A stretch of DNA of 64,000 nucleotides from Gallionella sp. (GTDB lineage Bacteria; Pseudomonadota; Gammaproteobacteria; Burkholderiales; Gallionellaceae). The notes beneath the pieces were generated by a model. That model worked only from the letters and a program-made list of their open reading frames with translations. It had not been told where the DNA came from and did not search any database. Where the stretch lies: contig JAUXWM010000086.1 of assembly GCA_030681375.1 (NCBI GenBank), positions 526 through 64,525 of the forward strand, given 5' to 3'. Within the stretch, counting starts at the first letter, position 1, and each line of letters opens with the position of its first letter. The translations under genes and the position numbers were made by a program. Below are positions 61,826 to 64,000 of this stretch, one piece after another.

Positions 61826-61899
61826 GCGGGTGTAGTTCAATGGTAGAACGGCAGCTTCCCAAGCTGCATACGAGGGTTCGATCCCCTTCACCCGCTCCA
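61826..61899 (+). tRNA. tRNA-Gly (CCC)
   Basis: GCGGGTG acceptor, anticodon arm gcagc-TTCCCAA-gctgc, GGTTCGATCC T loop, CACCCGC-T-CCA end. Confidence 0.97.
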
Positions 61900-61951
61900 T
61901 CCCGCATTGTCACTCGCGTTAAAATACTGATTGCCTGAATCGTCGCGCCCG

Positions 61952-63169
61952 TCATTTTACCTGTTGATCGTGCATCACGATACGAGAGACGAACGTGATA
62001 GCCAGAATATTTGCAAAAATTGCCACATAGCCAACCTTGTCATAACCGATAATCTGCCCTGCTGCATTTTGCGTGGTGATGAATCCCGCCAGCGTGGCTG
62101 CCAGGCCGCTGGCCAGTTGCTGCATGGCGGCATTGAGCGACATGAAGGTGCCGCGCAGTTTTGGTTCAGCCGCCGAGGTGATGATGGCCATCGCCGGAAT
62201 CATGCGGCCCGAGACCAGTATGAAGAATGCCGTGGTGCAAACCAGCCATAGCCAGAGTGGCGCAGTGCCGATATGGGTGACTGCGAGTAAGGGCAGGGTC
62301 GCGGAAACAGCCATGATGCGATAAATTGTTACTTTGCCGCGCGCATCCGCCCAGCGCCCGATCCGATGTGAAGTAATCAGGGTTGCCGCGCCGCCGATCA
62401 GGTAAATATAGAAAATATCCTGTTGTAAAATGCCGACATTCGCGACCGCATACACGGTGATGTATGGAATTACCGTGAAACCGGAAAACAAAATCAGCAT
62501 GGTAAACAACAGGGCGCGCAGATGGTTGGCGTCCGCCAACACCGCGAACATCGCCGAGAATGGATGCGCGCGTTTGTCCTGACTGATGTGCTGTCGCACT
62601 TCCGGCAGGTGGCGCATCGCGACGATGATGAACATTACGGTGGTGCCGGCGATCAGGATGAAGGGCGCACGCCACTGGAAGTAGTCCGTCAGCCATAACG
62701 ACAGCGGCACACCGGCCACGGTGGCCAGCGAAAATGAAGCGGAAATAACCCCGCTCGCGGTGGCGCGCCGCTCGAACGGAATCAGATCGCCGACCAGCGT
62801 TTGCACCATCGCCCCCATGATGCCGCCGAACGCGCCCGCCAGGCCGCGCGCGATTAGCAGCGTCGCGTAACTGGGCGATAAGCCGCATGCCAGTGTCGCC
62901 AGCCCGAACAACGTGAATACAATCAGCAACAGGCGTTTACGTTCGAACCTGTCCACGAAGGTCGCGGCGAGCAGTCCCGCGAAGGCCGCACTGAAGCTGT
63001 AGGAGGCGACCAGAAAGCCGAATTCATGGGTGGTGATGGAAAATTCCTTCATCAGGATAGGCCCCAGCGGCATCATGATCATGAAATCGAGGATGTGGGA
63101 AAACTGCATGCCAGCCAGAGTCAGCAGCAAATAACGCTCGCGTTGCGGGGTGAGGGGTGTGGATTGCAT
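61952..63169 (-). CDS. MFS transporter (DHA1/AraJ-like)
   Basis: ILDFMIMMPLGP, DRFERK motif A, about 12 TM segments. ATG 63169 is preferred. Confidence 0.9.
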   Translation of the reverse strand: MQSTPLTPQRERYLLLTLAGMQFSHILDFMIMMPLGPILMKEFSITTHEFGFLVASYSFSAAFAGLLAATFVDRFERKRLLLIVFTLFGLATLACGLSPSYATLLIARGLAGAFGGIMGAMVQTLVGDLIPFERRATASGVISASFSLATVAGVPLSLWLTDYFQWRAPFILIAGTTVMFIIVAMRHLPEVRQHISQDKRAHPFSAMFAVLADANHLRALLFTMLILFSGFTVIPYITVYAVANVGILQQDIFYIYLIGGAATLITSHRIGRWADARGKVTIYRIMAVSATLPLLAVTHIGTAPLWLWLVCTTAFFILVSGRMIPAMAIITSAAEPKLRGTFMSLNAAMQQLASGLAATLAGFITTQNAAGQIIGYDKVGYVAIFANILAITFVSRIVMHDQQVK

Positions 63170-63288
63170 AGTGACGAATTTTTTGCGTGGCGGCATTCTA
63201 CCAGTGCCGTCCGAATTGAGGTTTGTAGCTGGCGTTACTACATAGACGCCCAATTCGCACCACTGTGCTGAAAGTGGTGCGTTAGAAA

Positions 63289-63666
63289 TTACCCCAGTGT
63301 CGCTACCATCTCGATTCTGGGTGCGACGGAGCGCACGATTTTCTGTATGCCGTGTCCTGCAGGATTAGCTTGGCGTTGTGAAACGAGCAACCCCAGCTTC
63401 TCAAGTAGTCCAACATCCTTGGTGATGGCAGAACGGTTGCGATGCAGTAGTTCGGACAGTTCATTGATGGTTCTGGGTTCATGCATTACTTGAAGCATCA
63501 AGCTGCGGCGCGCTTCGGAGAGCACGCTAAACATCTGTTGCGGGTCTTCGAACGAGAGGGTTAGTTTTTCTTCAAACGCTTCGCCGCGATCTGCTCTCCG
63601 CGCTGCATCTTTCGCACGCGTGAAGAAGCCGTCCACGTCATCGGTGCGAATCACGATTTTGGTCAT
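63289..63666 (-). CDS. Winged-helix DNA-binding protein, putative antitoxin (HVO_A0114-like)
   Basis: LSFEDP...LSEARR...PRTINELSELLHRNRSAITKDVGLLEKLGLL HTH; 4 nt downstream of its partner gene. Confidence 0.7.
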   Translation of the reverse strand: MTKIVIRTDDVDGFFTRAKDAARRADRGEAFEEKLTLSFEDPQQMFSVLSEARRSLMLQVMHEPRTINELSELLHRNRSAITKDVGLLEKLGLLVSQRQANPAGHGIQKIVRSVAPRIEMVATLG

Positions 63667-63670
63667 GGTC

Positions 63671-64000
63671 TCATTCCTTGTTTTTGACTTGTGTCTGGTT
63701 AATAATTTCCAGCCATTCCTGCTGGAATCTTTCCTGCGTTGTTTCAAAACTCACGAACTCGACCGTTGCGATCTCGCCCATGTGATGGCGGTGATGATAG
63801 TTGTGTGCATTGTCGAAACCGAGCACCCTGCCGTTATCGCCACGATAAATTGCGTGGTTGATGTAGGCCAGGTTGTATCGGGTCACTACGGTCTTGCCAT
63901 TTACGGTATATCCCCAGACCTCATAACTCAAAAGTCCGCCACCTGATTTGGGTCTGAGTTCAAAGCGTTCCTGCTCAAGCAGGGTTTCCTCGTTTGGTTT
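63671..64000 (-). CDS. Putative toxin (DUF6516-like), 5' end outside the window
   Basis: The frame stays open to the window edge (KPNEETLLEQERF...). RYNLAYI...RVLGFDNAHNYHHRH motif. Confidence 0.6.
   Translation of the reverse strand, partial: KPNEETLLEQERFELRPKSGGGLLSYEVWGYTVNGKTVVTRYNLAYINHAIYRGDNGRVLGFDNAHNYHHRHHMGEIATVEFVSFETTQERFQQEWLEIINQTQVKNKE

Noticed and set aside
61826-61899. tRNA-Gly as attachment site of an integrated element
   Set aside because: No integrase follows it and no duplicate of its 3' end is visible in the remaining 2.1 kb; cannot be excluded beyond the window.
63140-63160. ccc ctc acc ccg (PLTP) in the MFS N-terminus as a fourth in-frame repeat copy
   Set aside because: It matches only about 11 nt of the element tail and has no palindrome; likely coincidence.

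Overview
Mostly core chromosome of a betaproteobacterium. Gene order and content suggest Nitrosomonadales/Gallionellaceae; this is an inference and was not checked against a database. Housekeeping blocks: ppsR-ppsA, sucCD, valS-holC-pepA-lptFG, ilvBNC-pssA-leuA, ispB, pilS-pilR-ampD, nrdAB, pabB, spoT-rpoZ-gmk-yicC, rph-rdgB-hemW, trmB-thiG-thiS and tRNA-Gly(CCC). The best candidate for an undescribed system is a same-strand block at 8.3-18.4 kb. It encodes USP, PP2C phosphatase, a double-FHA protein, a class II (MBL-fold) cyclic-nucleotide phosphodiesterase, a GAF-fused PilB/GspE-type ATPase and a GAF-HD-GYP protein. After an inserted vapBC pair come a sigma54-driven type IVa pilin and a TMTC-like GT-C/TPR membrane protein. 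Other notable signals: four stand-alone toxin-antitoxin-like pairs with no integrase (one bracketed by a decayed duplicate of the bepA 3' end, one beside an eroded attC-like hairpin); an in-frame YicC-Gmk read-through fusion; a Leu-rich leader peptide before leuA; a CTG-started ECF sigma factor; a PopZ-like ORF beside valS; and at least four families of small palindromic or heptamer repeats, some inside reading frames. No CRISPR array, rRNA, integrase or intact transposase was seen.
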